DNA of 64,000 nt from Azolla caroliniana (Eukaryota; Plantae; Polypodiophyta). The stretch lies in NCBI GenBank assembly GCA_043228905.1, contig JBHGNT010000014.1:9548001-9612000 (forward strand), written 5' to 3'. Every line of letters starts with the position of its first letter. The first letter of the stretch is position 1. The position numbers and the translations under genes are program-made. Under the pieces are notes generated by a model, which was given only the letters and a program-made list of their open reading frames with translations, ran no database searches and was not told where the DNA came from. Of the stretch, positions 50,101 through 62,437 are shown one piece after another.

Positions 50101-51340
50101 CGCACCAGTCGTAAAGATGAGACCCATTCGAACAATGCTAGGTATTGCTGCCAATATGAATCTTGAGATAGAGCAGTTGGATGTCAAGACAACACTCCTA
50201 CATGGAGAATTAGACGAAGAGATTTATATGCTGCAACCCGAAGGCTTCGTGGAGAAAGGAAAAGAGAATATGGCATGTCGACTAAGGAAAAAATTGTATG
50301 GTTTGAAACAAGCTCCACGTCAATGGTACAAGAAGTTCAAATCCTTCATGCTGGAACATGGGTTCCATAAAACATAAGCTGATCATTGTGTGTTTGTCAA
50401 AAGGTACAATGAAGGCGACTTCTTGATTCTCTTGCTATATGTGGATGATATGTTAGTGGTCGGTCAAGATACCAAGAAGATTGTGAGCTTGAAGAGAGCC
50501 CTAGGTAAGTCGTTTACCATGAAAGATCTTGGACCGGCCAAACAGAACTTGGGGATGCACATAGTTTGAGACCGAACAAAGAATGTGTTATGGTTGTCAT
50601 AAGAGAAATATGTGACAAAGATCTTGGAAAGATTTAACATGTCAGAAGCAAAACCAATTGGGTCTACATTTCCGACCAATTGCAAGTTGAATGCTAGGCA
50701 ATGTCCAAAAGGGGAGAAGGACAAGGAAGAGATGAGGAAAGTACCATACGACAGTTTAATGTATGTTATGGTATGCATGAGACCAGACATAACATTTGCA
50801 GTCGGAACGGTAAGCTGATATATGAGTAATCCAAGTCGAGAACACTAAGCAACACTAAAGTGGATACTCAGGTACTTGAAAGACACCTCAAGGGTGTGCC
50901 TTAGGTATGGTTTCAGAAAACCTGTGCTCAAAGGCTTTACTGATTCAGACATGGCAAGGGGAGCAGTGTCATGGCAGTCAAGACCGTGGCTTTGTCGGCC
51001 ACATAGGCAGAATACATGGCTACTGTAGAGGTTGGCAATGAACTTATATGGATGAGGAGCTTTCTTAGTGAACTAGCAATGAAGCAAGAAGAATTCTTGC
51101 TCCATTGTGATAGTCAAAGTGCCATACATCTAGCGAAGAACGTTGTGTACCACTCTCGAACCAAGTACATACAGAGAAGGTATCAGTGGTTACGAGAAAA
51201 GGTGGTTGAGGGGAGAGTTTACCCTTGTGAAGAACCATACTGAAGATAATGGATCCGGCATGCTTACGAAGCCACTACCTATGGACAGACTTAGAGTCTG
51301 TCGACAGAAGACAAGACTAGTTGACTTTGCCCATAGGAGT
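50101..51340 (+). pseudogene. D RT and RNase H, fragmented
   Basis: QLDVKT.LHGEL, YVDDML, HCDSQSAIHLAKN. Confidence 0.85.
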
Positions 51341-51352
51341 GAAGGGGGAGTT

Positions 51353-51830
51353 TGTTAGGATTTGTCTCTCCTATGGGAGAAGTCAAGGAAGAAGTCGGAA
51401 GTCGAATCGATGAACCGGACACGGGATGGTCGGTCGGATCGACCATTGAGTCGACAGGGTGCTCAATTGGTTCTTGGAGGAGATAGAGAGCCGACTATGA
51501 CAGTCGACTACATTGATGGATGCTCCAAGTGAAGACAAAGCCGACAAGTCGAGCCGATTGGATGGTCAAATATAAGGCCGACTAGTCGGGCCGACCGGAT
51601 GGTCAAGGACAAGGCCGACTCGGGCCGATTAATTATGATAAACATTATATAATAATAATAATAACATCTACATTTGTAAATAACCCATACTTTGTATGAG
51701 TATAAATACACCTAGGGCAACCATTATGATGATGATGCGAGCTAGAGCTTTTGTAGCGGTGTGCAGAAGAGAGCAACAGAGACGAACAAGAGACGTGTGA
51801 GTGTGCGCAAGAGAGAGGCTGAGTTTAGTG
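51353..51830 (+). repeat. D 3' LTR, apparently truncated (right end uncertain)
   Basis: TGTTAGGA after PPT; similar to J LTR as far as TATAAA/CTAGGG, then similarity is lost. Confidence 0.6.
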
Positions 51831-52107
51831 AAACTCACCTAAACCCTAATCTATCTTTCTCATAGATCTACGGTCTGATCTTTACATGCTTTTGTATTTG
51901 ATGATAGGCATGGAGTGAAATCGCATTTGTGAAAGTTGAAGGGAATACTAATGTGATAATTTTCTTTATTGGAGCAAGTGGAACTTCTTTCCTCAATAGA
52001 GTGTTCGTCTTGCCTATTGGCAATTCAACATGTTCCACCATACTCTATTGTGACACCGATTGTAAGGAGTGTTTTTCACACACATTTATTAATATAATTG
52101 TGTGTTT

Positions 52108-52370
52108 CATAGTACGGAATATACTTAAATGTATTGGCAAACATTCTTTTTCATACGTTTTTCAAACGAATGCATATGTTATAAATCCTATGGTTTTTTT
52201 TACGTTTTTTACCTTAACTTTATAAGTTATAAGTTATAAACTTACAAATTTTTTTATCTCATAATAAATCATGAATAAAAAAGTATGGTATCTACCAGAA
52301 TACTCCGAGGGTGATTATCATACTCCAATGATGGAAACATTCGCGAATGGTACGTATGGTTCATACTCTG
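52108..52370. mobile_element. hAT-type MITE, copy 1
   Basis: 8-bp TSD GTGTGTTT (52100-07, 52371-78); imperfect TIRs CATAGTACGGAATATAC / GTATGGTTCATACTCTG. Confidence 0.78.
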
Positions 52371-52622
52371 GTGTGTTTTCACGAACGAGAGAGAGAGAGG
52401 AAGCAGGGCAGGGTACCCACTACCCATCACCATACTTTTCTAACGAATGACTACAGTTTCATCCATCACTCACTCTCTCTCTCTCTCGATCGACAGAATT
52501 TAGATTTTTGTTTATCTCTGCTTTGTCTACACACGGTCTCGAGATCTTTAGGGTTCCGCCGCCGTTTATCCCCAGAAACTATTACATCGGTTTATTTCAT
52601 GTTTCCTCAATCATAACAACTC

Positions 52623-55577
52623 ATGATGAGCAGAGAGCCCGTCATATTCATCTCTGATGATGATGACGATGATGCTGATGATGATGATGCCGATGATAAT
52701 GAGGTGGTGTTAGAAGAAGAACTCAAAAAACAGCACTGCCATGTCTACATCAAGAATTTATTGAAGACACAGAAAAGAAAGAAATCTTTAGAAGAAGGCG
52801 ATGATGATGATGATGTGATTTGGATCGAAAACAGGGTAGAGGAATGTGGTTATAAAGGTGACGTGGTGCTAGAAAAGAAGAGGATCTCTAGTAGTGATGA
52901 GGATTGTTGTATTCTCAGTTGTGATCCTCACAACATCGTTCAGGTTTCACACCATGTGGACAATGAAGGAGAAGACATTGTGGTTGTTGGTGAACGTGGA
53001 CCTGTGAGTACTTTCTTCCTTTTACTTTATAGATGAATTTCTGCATGTATAAATACCTTGTTGTATAATATATATATATATATATGTATGCATATGTGGA
53101 TATTTGTATGTGTATTTAGTATATCTGTGTCAAGTGTTACTGTATGTAAACCATCTGTATGGCATGGATTCAAGGACTAAATTGAAAACACCTTGCGTTT
53201 TCATGAATACATGTCATTCTACTCTTACTCCATCTGTGCTTAACCGCTTTAAGTGAACCCTTATGAACGTGAAAATATATATTAAAAAATGGGTTTTATA
53301 AACTCCTTGCACTGGCAGTTGTTTATGTGCAATGGTTGAACTCACATTTAGGCCATATGTGTATATCCTACATCTAGTTGTTTTCTTGGGAAGTTTTTGG
53401 AATGTTTTTTTCAATTCATTTTCTGTACACAAAGTTGATTAAAGATGTAAAAGTATTTGGTATTTGTTTTTCCAGGTGGCCTGCAGAGATTATCCTCATG
53501 CTAGACATCTTTGTGTGAAGTTTCCTTTCAAGACCACTTCGCATGAGAAACATTGTGAACAGGTTAAATGATGTTCTCCTGCAAATGAAATGAAATGTTA
53601 TGCTAGCATCTTCAATATTGCAAAGGAACCTATGTCTTGAAGTCTGGTGAACTAAACTAAAGTCAAATTGTACTGAAACAAGGCAGCTTCATCAAAGTAC
53701 GATAGGGACCATGTGTACAAGTAATGCTGAGGATACAATGTATGCAATAAATATAGATGTAGGAGACATATAATGTCAATGGATGAATGCTCTCAAAAGA
53801 TGATGCCATACATCGCATGAAGTCCATAATGAATTTGCTTTGGCAATTGTGCTCAATCTCAGGCAACGATTTTATGTATCCTCTGATGCAGGTCACGTGA
53901 TCTGTGTAATAATCTGCGCATCCTCAAACATTTGGAGCAAGCCAAATGAACTGATCTGTGAAGAAAGATCCCTCGCTGAGGTGTTGTTTGTTGTTGCTCT
54001 GAGGTCTACTCATTAAGATAGACTCTCTAAATCTACAGATATCTTGTTGAAACGACCTTAAACATATCTGATCACCGAATCTTCTGAAATGGAAGAATAG
54101 TTCAAATACTGCGAGGCAGTGAAAGCATACTCAGATCTCATAGTAAACCATGCAGAAGCATATGAAGTGGTCTTCAGACTCTTATATCTCTATGGCACAG
54201 CTAACATATCTTCTGGTTGGGAGTTGCATATGAAGTGGTCTTCAGACTCTTAGATCCCTATGGCATAGCTAACATAACTATTCCGCTGATAGTTATCATA
54301 AGTTGTGATTTGTCACATATGATGAGGAGAGAAACAGTCGGGGAGGGCTAGACAGGGAGAGATATTAATGTCTTTTAAGAGGGCCAAACTTGCCTAGGAG
54401 ACTGAACCAGAGATTATATCTTTAAATGTTGTCCTGCCTTTGAGAATTGAATCGCAAAATAAATAGAACTGGACTGCCTAATGTACCGATTGTGGAATCT
54501 TGCTACCTAAGTAAACAAATGTGTTGACAACAAATGTGATGGGGTTATGGTCTAAATGGACGCGGCCTACATGCACAGTAAACTGATGTTTCCCTATCTA
54601 TTATAACCGCTTTTGAATGTTCTGGTTGAGACCCTACATGAGTAGCCCTTGATTGACTTGTTGCATGAGAAGAAGTGATGGAGCCAACAAAAATTATGGT
54701 GGCTCTTTGTTGATGAGTTGTGGTTGTATTGCTGTGCTCCAACTTCTCTCGATGTCTCTCAAATTCTAGCAAGAACATTCCCAAGCACCTCAGTTATCAT
54801 ATTCCTTTACCTTGCTTAGCGGGCAAAGAGTTTTTTGAAGAGGCAGTGGCATCTCCCCCGTATTTTATTAAAAATAGCCCAATAGCAAGCATAGTGTACC
54901 TCTGACTCCAACCCCTGATGGCATAAATGGTAGATCCATCCTGCTATAGATTTCTGTGCATATTGGCTTATTTCAATCTCCAATTGATGTGAAAAGACTT
55001 TAGTTACCCTATTATAATGCAGGGGCCCCTAGATAGATGTATATCTACATAGGAAGGTCTGCTGAGATATTCATCTTGCAACGCATGTAAAAATAGGGCC
55101 TTATAGTGGGCCATCTTGTCACCAAGAAACATTGTGGTATTGATCCATGTCCTTTCATTGTTCGATATGATAATATTAGTTTAGATCTTTCTATTCTTTC
55201 AACATTGATCATGTTCAAGCGTGGACAATCCAAGCTATATTGGAATGGGGGTAGTGCATTTGAGCATGATATAGTGTAAGGGCTCAATGTGAGTTAAGAT
55301 TCATGTTAGTTATAAGGTATGGTTGAATGCAATCAACAGGCACTCTCACATTGCATTGAATCGAACGTTCAAGGTTAATGTTTGCAATGATGCTCTGATT
55401 TGGACTTTATAGCATATTGCCATTTTATTCCAAGACTTTCCATTAAACCTTTTTTCCGTAATGACATTATTTAGTGTCACTTGAAAGCTCTAAGAGGTCT
55501 TCCACACCCAGCCTTTTGAACAATTTTCTATGTGAAACCACCCAACCGGATAAAAGAATTTTTCTCTTTTGATTCTC

Positions 55578-55617
<40 letters not shown>

Positions 55618-57442
55618 TCTTTATTTTTCAGTGTCATTGCTATGTATGTGATGTTCTTGCCCCTTGCTTGCTCTGGGGCCAAGGAAAACAAAAGACCGAC
55701 CATTGTCATGCCTTTGACAAAGATGAGAAATGGAAAATGATGCGAGATCGAGCTCGAACTCCTCCTGCAAAACTCGTGGGAAAACCTCGAGTAATACAAC
55801 CAGCACCATACATTCCATTTACAGGGGTAAATAACTCTGTTAGTTATAACTACCATAGTGCATATCATTCATCACTTGATCTATGGGCATCCAATGTGAA
55901 TGTTCCACCACCTACTCAAGTAAGGTCTCATATTCGAGTCACAACCACATCTCTATTATCAAATATACCACCTCGTCTGGTAGGCCCTTCTGCTGGTTCA
56001 AATTTCATAGAGGCACCTATCAACAAAATGCGATTCCATAGTAGTAGTAGACCTAACACTATTCTTTTAAATCGACCTTTGGGGATGGCACGTACTGTTC
56101 CAAGACATGTGGATCAATCTTCCAATGTTCGTTCTTGCACCAGAGCTAGAGGCACATCAAATCATGCAAAGAACAATGTATCTGTTGCAAGGCTAGAAAA
56201 ATTGAGAATGGTCTCAGAGACCTCGAATCACGAGGATTCAGGTGGTCTTCTTCCGCCTGCTGTATCCATCATCAATGATTTTTTGACTTTGGAAGCCCTT
56301 GTGGGTGATGGTGTGTTTGGACGAAGTGGGGATCAACGAGTCATAGCTCAAAGATCAAATATGAATAGCTCTGGTGGCATCCAAGTGGAGTTACGAAATT
56401 CAGGTTAGTTTTTAAATCTAAGGTTATTGACCTAGAGCCATATCCCACTAATTGGTGAAAAATACAAATTGTTTTAGATTCTAGACATAAATTTAGGATC
56501 CATTAATGTTTAATGGCATCATGGTAGAAAAATGTCATTATTTTAGATTAGACATAAAAGTAGATATCAAACAGAAAATTAGAGGTATCAAAATTTCCTG
56601 AAAAGAGGGGATTTTGTGATGGTCAACATGAAGATTTTGAGAAATGAGAAAACAAAGCTTAAAAGCATCGTGAAAGAAATTCTTGATACTCTGGAAATAT
56701 CTTCAGAAAGACTAAGATTTAATGGCACTATAGACGGAAACTTCTAAATGTTTTTAAAATGCATTAAAGTACGAAAAATGGGTGAGAAAAACAATGTATA
56801 TGGAGAAATATTAAAATTGAGCTATAAAATGTACTGGCATCAGGTTTGTATTGGTGGAAAGAATAATAAAGCATGAATTGACTTTTGAACTTGCTGGTTA
56901 GAGGGATTTACAGAGGTGACAGATTTAATAAAATATATTGAAGCTAAATGTCTAGTCATTTGTTTGGTATTTTTCTCCCCTATTTCTTTTTCATTTGTAC
57001 ACGAAGACATAACATGCTGAAGACATTCCAAACTTTGAATTGGATGTTTCTAAATCAAAGTTTCAGTTGCTAACATCCAATTTGTAGTTTTTGCTTATGT
57101 TGTGTCTTTTTTTGTTTATTTACAATAGGTGAGGTGGCCCCTTCCGATTCATTAAAAACATCGTCTTCTAGGTTGAATGAATTAGCAGCACAATCTATCC
57201 AAACTCTCGATCCCAGAGGAACCGATCAAGCAAACATGCATATTGGACACACTAACAACATCACCTCAGAGTCGACAGACTCCAATAGGGCTGAGGGAGA
57301 AGTTTCTCAAGTTAACAATAACACCAGTAGTCTGGGAATGTCTGAGTTGTTTGGTGTTGGGAGTGCCACTGATGTTTTAGATGATATTTTTGCCAATTTC
57401 GGGAATGAAGAATTTCCTTATCTCTGGGAAGATATGCCTTGA
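52623..57442 (+). CDS. Host gene: RPM1-interacting protein 13 (RIN13)-like Cys/His-rich protein, ~517 aa; exons 52623-53003, 53476-53562, 55632-56403, 57129-57442
   Basis: GT-AG introns with consistent phases (0,0,1); spliced motif GPVACRDYPHARHLCVKFPF..HEKHCEQCHCYVCDVLAPC..W..DHCHA typical of this plant family. Confidence 0.85.
53476..53562 (+). CDS. Exon 2 of the RIN13-like gene (missed by the ORF track)
   Basis: tttccag|GTG...CAG|gttaaa; 87 nt encoding VACRDYPHARHLCVKFPFKTTSHEKHCEQ. Confidence 0.88.
54158..54276 (+). repeat. ~50-bp direct repeat in intron 2
   Basis: GCATATGAAGTGGTCTTCAGACTCTTA...AGCTAACATA at 54158 and 54226. Confidence 0.85.
55580..55612 (+). repeat. (GA)n microsatellite just upstream of the exon 3 acceptor
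   Basis: Direct reading of the sequence. Confidence 0.9.
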
Positions 57443-58082
57443 TTCACATTGTGTTATATCTTTTGCCGACAGCTTAATGGAATGTCTACTCGCTTTTTCT
57501 GTCTTTTATTGGTTTGGTTGCCAGAAAACATATACATCTTTTACATATGTATATATATGTATGCACTGGATCATACATACCTATATATTTATATAAAATA
57601 TGCATTTATATGTAAATGCAAAAGTCATGCAGAACATCCCAACAGTTTTACAAAATGATGGATGAGTTATGTCTCATGATAAGGAAGGTTGTATAGGTAT
57701 TGGGCGCTAATGATGTGCCTAGAAACACTACTATGTACATAATTTCCACCAAGGTTTGAGGCCTATGCTCATGTCAATAGTCCCAAATAGGGAGGAAGTG
57801 TCATTAAAAAGACGGCTAGAAAGGATATAGAACTGTATTCTTAATTCCTTTAAATTTATAGTATTTTTTTCTAATTTCTTACTATTTAATGTAAGGAAAA
57901 TTCAATTGCCTCTTCTAATGGAAACATTCTATAGCATTAATACAAAATAGTTTTTTAAAGGACTACTAATTAGTTTCAAGAATCTGGATTGGAATGTGTT
58001 AATCTTTGAATGATTTCAATACGCTTGTTTAGTATAGCCCCATATCTACAACTTGTCCTATTCGACTCTCAAAAGTTGTGCT

Positions 58083-58324
58083 CATAGTACAAACCATACG
58101 TACCATATATGCATTTGCATTCGAGTATGGTCCAATCATTCAAGTATGGTAAACACCCTTGAACTATGGTAAATACCATACTTTTTTTGTATTCATTATT
58201 TTTTATAACGTAAAACTGTTTTTTAAGGTAAGAAAATGTAAAAAAAAACCTAAGTATGTTTTCATAACATAAGCATTTGTTTGCAAACGTATGAAAAAGA
58301 ATATTTGCAAATGCATTCGAGTAT
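58083..58324. mobile_element. hAT-type MITE, copy 2 (inverted relative to copy 1; one TIR eroded)
   Basis: Reverse complement aligns with 52108-52370; 8-bp TSD GTTGTGCT (58075-82, 58325-32). Confidence 0.75.
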
Positions 58325-59145
58325 GTTGTGCTTGTACTTTTTCTTTGGTCTCATCCACCTCATCTCTTCTAAGCTTTCCATTCCCAAAATTTTCTAGAAT
58401 TGTTGGCTAAAATTTGGCTTTGTGTAGTTGCTCATGTCTCGTTTTGTTTCATTATAGTTATGAAAAACCATTTCAATTGGATCATTTATGTCAGAATACC
58501 AATGAGTTTGGAATTTTTTCTCAAGTATATGGTTTATTGGCATGTTCCTTGCATGATTACATTCTAAGAGAAGCCAAATTCTTATGTGATTGTTAGGATG
58601 TTAGTTACAATTAAGATGTTGTTTAAATGGCCTGAAGTTTTGCAATCACTTGCATAAATCTTCTTCTTCTTAATGATAGATATTTTGTTATGGACACTAG
58701 TATATTTGTTAATACCGAGTTTGAAAGAAAATTGTAAATCTATTCATTTTTTTAGGTTTCACACACCGTCATATGTTGGGAAAGGTATTTAAAGCAAGAA
58801 ACATTGAAACTCCTATTTAAACAATAAACAAAAATTAAAACAACCCGCAACATAAATTCCAAAAGAAAACTTAATCTATTGTGAAATGCTCTCAAGAATA
58901 GCCCTCCTTTCATTATGTCTCAAGTTACACTTTATAGACTCTCTCTTAGCGTGGAGGGTGTTCTCCCGCTCCAATTAGCTCTACTAATTATGGGGCTTGG
59001 TGGGGGCCTAGTTTGGGTGTGGTGCATGAGGCTTGGTAGGGGCCTAATTTGGGTGTGGTCTATGTGTGGTGCATGGGGCTTGGTAGGGGCCTAATCTAGG
59101 TGTGGTCCATGTGACCACCACAATTCCCCCTTGTAAAAAAAAAAA

Positions 59146-62100
59146 TTACTGTGCAGTCGAAGCGCGACGAGGCGTGGACGACGGTTCCAGACGGGGGGAT
59201 GACACGGGCGTGGGCGTAGGCATGAGTGTGGGCGGGGGCGGTGGTAGTTGATGGAAGGGCTTCATGCGAGACTGGTGAGCAAAGGTAGAGCGGTTGTTGG
59301 AGGCGCGGCGGAGCAGGTATGTAGTGTCGCGTATCTGCTTTTGAACTTCGAAGGGACCGATCCATCGGTGCATGAGCGATTCGCTGAGACCGCGACGACA
59401 GATGGGGAAGTAGACGAGGACTTTGTCACCGACGTGGTATTGATGGTCGACACGGCCTATATCGTGTTGTCGTTTTTTTCGTAGTTGTGCCTGGTGCAGG
59501 TTGCTCGTGATGGCTTTGCGGAGGAGGGGCTGGAGTTGTTGTAGGTGGGACCACCAAGACACTGCGTCAGCGTGGAGTCGTGTGGTTGGTTGCGGGACTG
59601 CCACTTCTGGGGGTAAGCGCGGGTCCCTTCCGTAAAGGGCCCGAAATGGGCTAATGCGGGTAGAGGCTTGCACAGTTGTGTTGTAGGCATGCGTAACGAA
59701 GGGCAAGATTCGGTCCCAGGTTGAGTGCAGCGGATCGATGTAGGCTAAGATTTGTTGTTTTAAGGTTCGATTGAGGCGCTCCGTCAACCCATTCGTTTGC
59801 GGATGGTAGGGTGACGTGAATAACTGTTGGATTCCTAGTTGTGTTGAAACGAGGCGTAGGAGCTCACCGTTGAACTGGGGTCCTCGATCGGACAAGATTT
59901 GGAGTGGGCAACCGTGGGGGAAGATGATTTTCTCCAATAGTTTGGAGGCGATGGTCATAGCCTTTGCATCTGGGATAGCGGCCGTCTCAGCCCAACGCGT
60001 CAAGTACTCGGTGATGACGAGGATGAATTTGTTCCCTCCTTATGACTCGGGAAAGGGGCCCATAATGTCCCATCCGACGATTTCAAATGGAGCTTGAACT
60101 TGTATCGGATGTAAGAGGCCTTGAGCCACTTGAGGTGATTTGATGGCCTGACATAAGTTGCATGCTTTGATGTAGGAGGCGACCTCGTGGCGTAGCCCAG
60201 GCCAATAGAATTTGCGACGAATTTTGTCGAGCACCTTATGAAAACCCAAGTGGCCGGACAACGGGTGATCGTGGAAGAAACGAAGGTAAGACTGGCGTAG
60301 TTGCTCAGGCACGTAGACTCGGGGTTCTTTGCCTACTTGACAAAAAAGTAGGACATTATCCTGGATCATGAATTGCTTGGTGAGGGATGATGTCGGTTCA
60401 GCTCGTAGGCGGTGGCAGATATCTTGGATTTGTTTGTTGTGTTGTTGCATGTTGGCCATTTGGGACGAGGATATGGGGAAATCGATTGTGTTGGAGGTGA
60501 TCTGGTTCGCCTGAAAGGATATGCGGGATAATCCATCGGCGACGATGTTTTGTGGACCATGGCGATAGCGCAGAGTGAATTTGTAATCCTGTAGCGCCAA
60601 AACCCAACGAAGTAAGCGGCCGGGTGGATGAGCCTTCTTTATGAGGGAGAGCAGTGGCTGATGGTCGGTTTCGACTGATGTATTTGATCCGTGAAGGTAT
60701 GGGTGGAAACGATGGAATGCCCAAACGATGGCGAGGAACTCTTTTTCAGTTGTCGAGTAATTTTGTTCGGCTTTGGTAAGTGACCGACTGATGTAGGCAA
60801 TCGGGCGGAGTTGGTCGTTGTCGTCGGATTGGAGCAGGACTGCACCAAGGCCGACATTGGAGGCATCCGTCTGCAGATGGAAAGGCTTCGTGAAATCAGG
60901 GTGGGCCAGGAGGTCAGAGGCTTGGAGTGTTCTCTTGAGCTGCAGGAAGCTGGATTCGCAGGCTTCGGTCCACAGGAAGGGTGCGTCTTTTTGTAGGAGC
61001 GCGCGCAGTGGGGCTGACAGGTCGGCTAGCCGTGGGATGAAACGAAGAGAGAACGTGAGGAGGCCGAGGAAGCGTTGAAGCTGCTTGACTGTGGTGGGGC
61101 GTGGGAATTTTTGGACTGCTTCTGTCTTCTCCGGGTCCATTTGTATTCCGTCAGAGGAGATGACGTACCCAAGGAAGCGGAGGCACGTACTACCCCATCG
61201 ACACTTCTTCCATTGCAGCTGCAATCGATAGCGTTGAACACAAGTTAGGACCTCCCGAAGGACTTGAAGGTGTTCTGCCCAAGTGCTTGTATGTACCAGA
61301 ATATCGTCTAGATAGACGATGACGACACGACGGGTGATGAGATCATCGAAGATGGCATTAGCCATTCGCTGGAATGTGCTCCCCGCATCAGATAGGCCAA
61401 AGGGCATCCGTGTGAACTGAAAAATGCCTTTCCTAGTGCGGAATGCAGTTTTGTGGGCATCGTGAGGATTCATCGGGATCTGCCAATATCCCGAGGCTAG
61501 ATCGAGGGAGGTGAAGTACTTTGATTTGCCAAGCTGGTCGAGGAGGTCATCGATACGAGGGAGAGGGTATCGGTCATGGGTGGTGACATGGTTCAGTTGT
61601 CGGAAGTTGACACAAAAGCGGTAAGAACCATCCCCTTTCTTTACCATGTGTGGCTCCGAGATCCACTCGCGCTTGGAAGGTGTGATAATCCCTTGTTGGA
61701 GCATAGTTTTGACGGCGTTGTCGATGCGCTCATGGTCGAGAGGCGAGCGACGTCGGGGAGCTGCGTTGATGGGGCGAGCGTTGCCTGTAGGAATCGTGTG
61801 GTGAATCGGAAAACGGACCGAGGGAGGTTTTACAGGTGGTGTAGACAACGAGGGAAAGGTGGCGAGGAGCCGTCTGAGGGAAAGGTGGCGAGGAGCCGTC
61901 CGCCGGTGATATCAGGTACTGTGTGTTGCTGATGTGGGTGGTATCCCGCGGAGTAGTGAAGAGCGCGATCGGAATGTGATTTGGGAGGATGAGCTGTTGT
62001 GCGGAGAAATCGAGACAGGCTCGACTATGGAGGAACCAATCACATCCCAAGGTGATTGGGAACAACTGGCGCGGGAGGACGTAGAAACGATGGTGGATCT

Positions 62101-62437
62101 GGGCGGAACTAATGGTGAGCATGCACCTGACTTGCGTATGTGAGTGGTACACCCGTTGTTGGTCGCCGAAGAGGATTTTAATGGGCGGTGCGTGGCTCGT
62201 GGGAAGTTGTAATTGGGTGACTAAATCTGCGTTGATGGAAGAGATGCTGCTGCCGGAGTCGAGGAGAACTTCTTGGGTCGTGTGCTGGAGGCGGGCGATT
62301 GTGGTACAAACGGGCGAAGTTGATGAAGTGGAGGCGTGGACGTGCGGGGGCGGCTCGATCGTGGGAGAAACGGGAGAAGTTGAGGACGTGGAGACGTGGA
62401 CGTGCGGGGGCGGCTCTCCCTGCGGCACCCCGCGCAT
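59146..62437 (-). pseudogene. pol: K Pol (PR-RT-RNase H-IN) with one frameshift (~61880) and one stop (60040)
   Basis: LLDSGS, LDLASGYWQI, YLDD, QTDASNVG, HDHPLSGH..CNLC, SDRGPQF, YHPQTNGLTER, GPF. Confidence 0.92.

Larger units (their letters stand above)
12549..51830 (+). mobile_element. Element D: outermost degenerate Ty1/copia (same family as J); pieces at 12549-12745, 34762-35167, 46403-46444 and 50101-~51830
   Basis: Reading frame rejoins across TSDs (KTIEDWK..NLQK|SIE..; IVVK|GFQQKKGVDF; EI|FAPVVKM); PPT GAAGGGGGAG then 3' LTR from 51353. Confidence 0.85.

Noticed and set aside
54700-55300. Possible decayed LINE/RT fragment in intron 2
   Set aside because: Only a faint resemblance (GRS..F.L.R..K.G); no supportable ORF, poly-A tail or TSD
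55569-55631. N-terminal ERERER extension of the 279-aa ORF
   Set aside because: It is the intronic (GA)n tract; the exon starts after the AG acceptor at 55631
52108-58324. Pack-MULE-like capture of the host gene between long terminal inverted repeats
   Set aside because: Each repeat has its own TIR(s) and its own different 8-bp TSD, so they are independent insertions; no shared outer TSD
58990-59110. CRISPR-like or telomere-like array in K LTRs
   Set aside because: Three imperfect ~36-bp tandem units without unique spacers, inside an LTR; ordinary U3 repeats in a eukaryotic context
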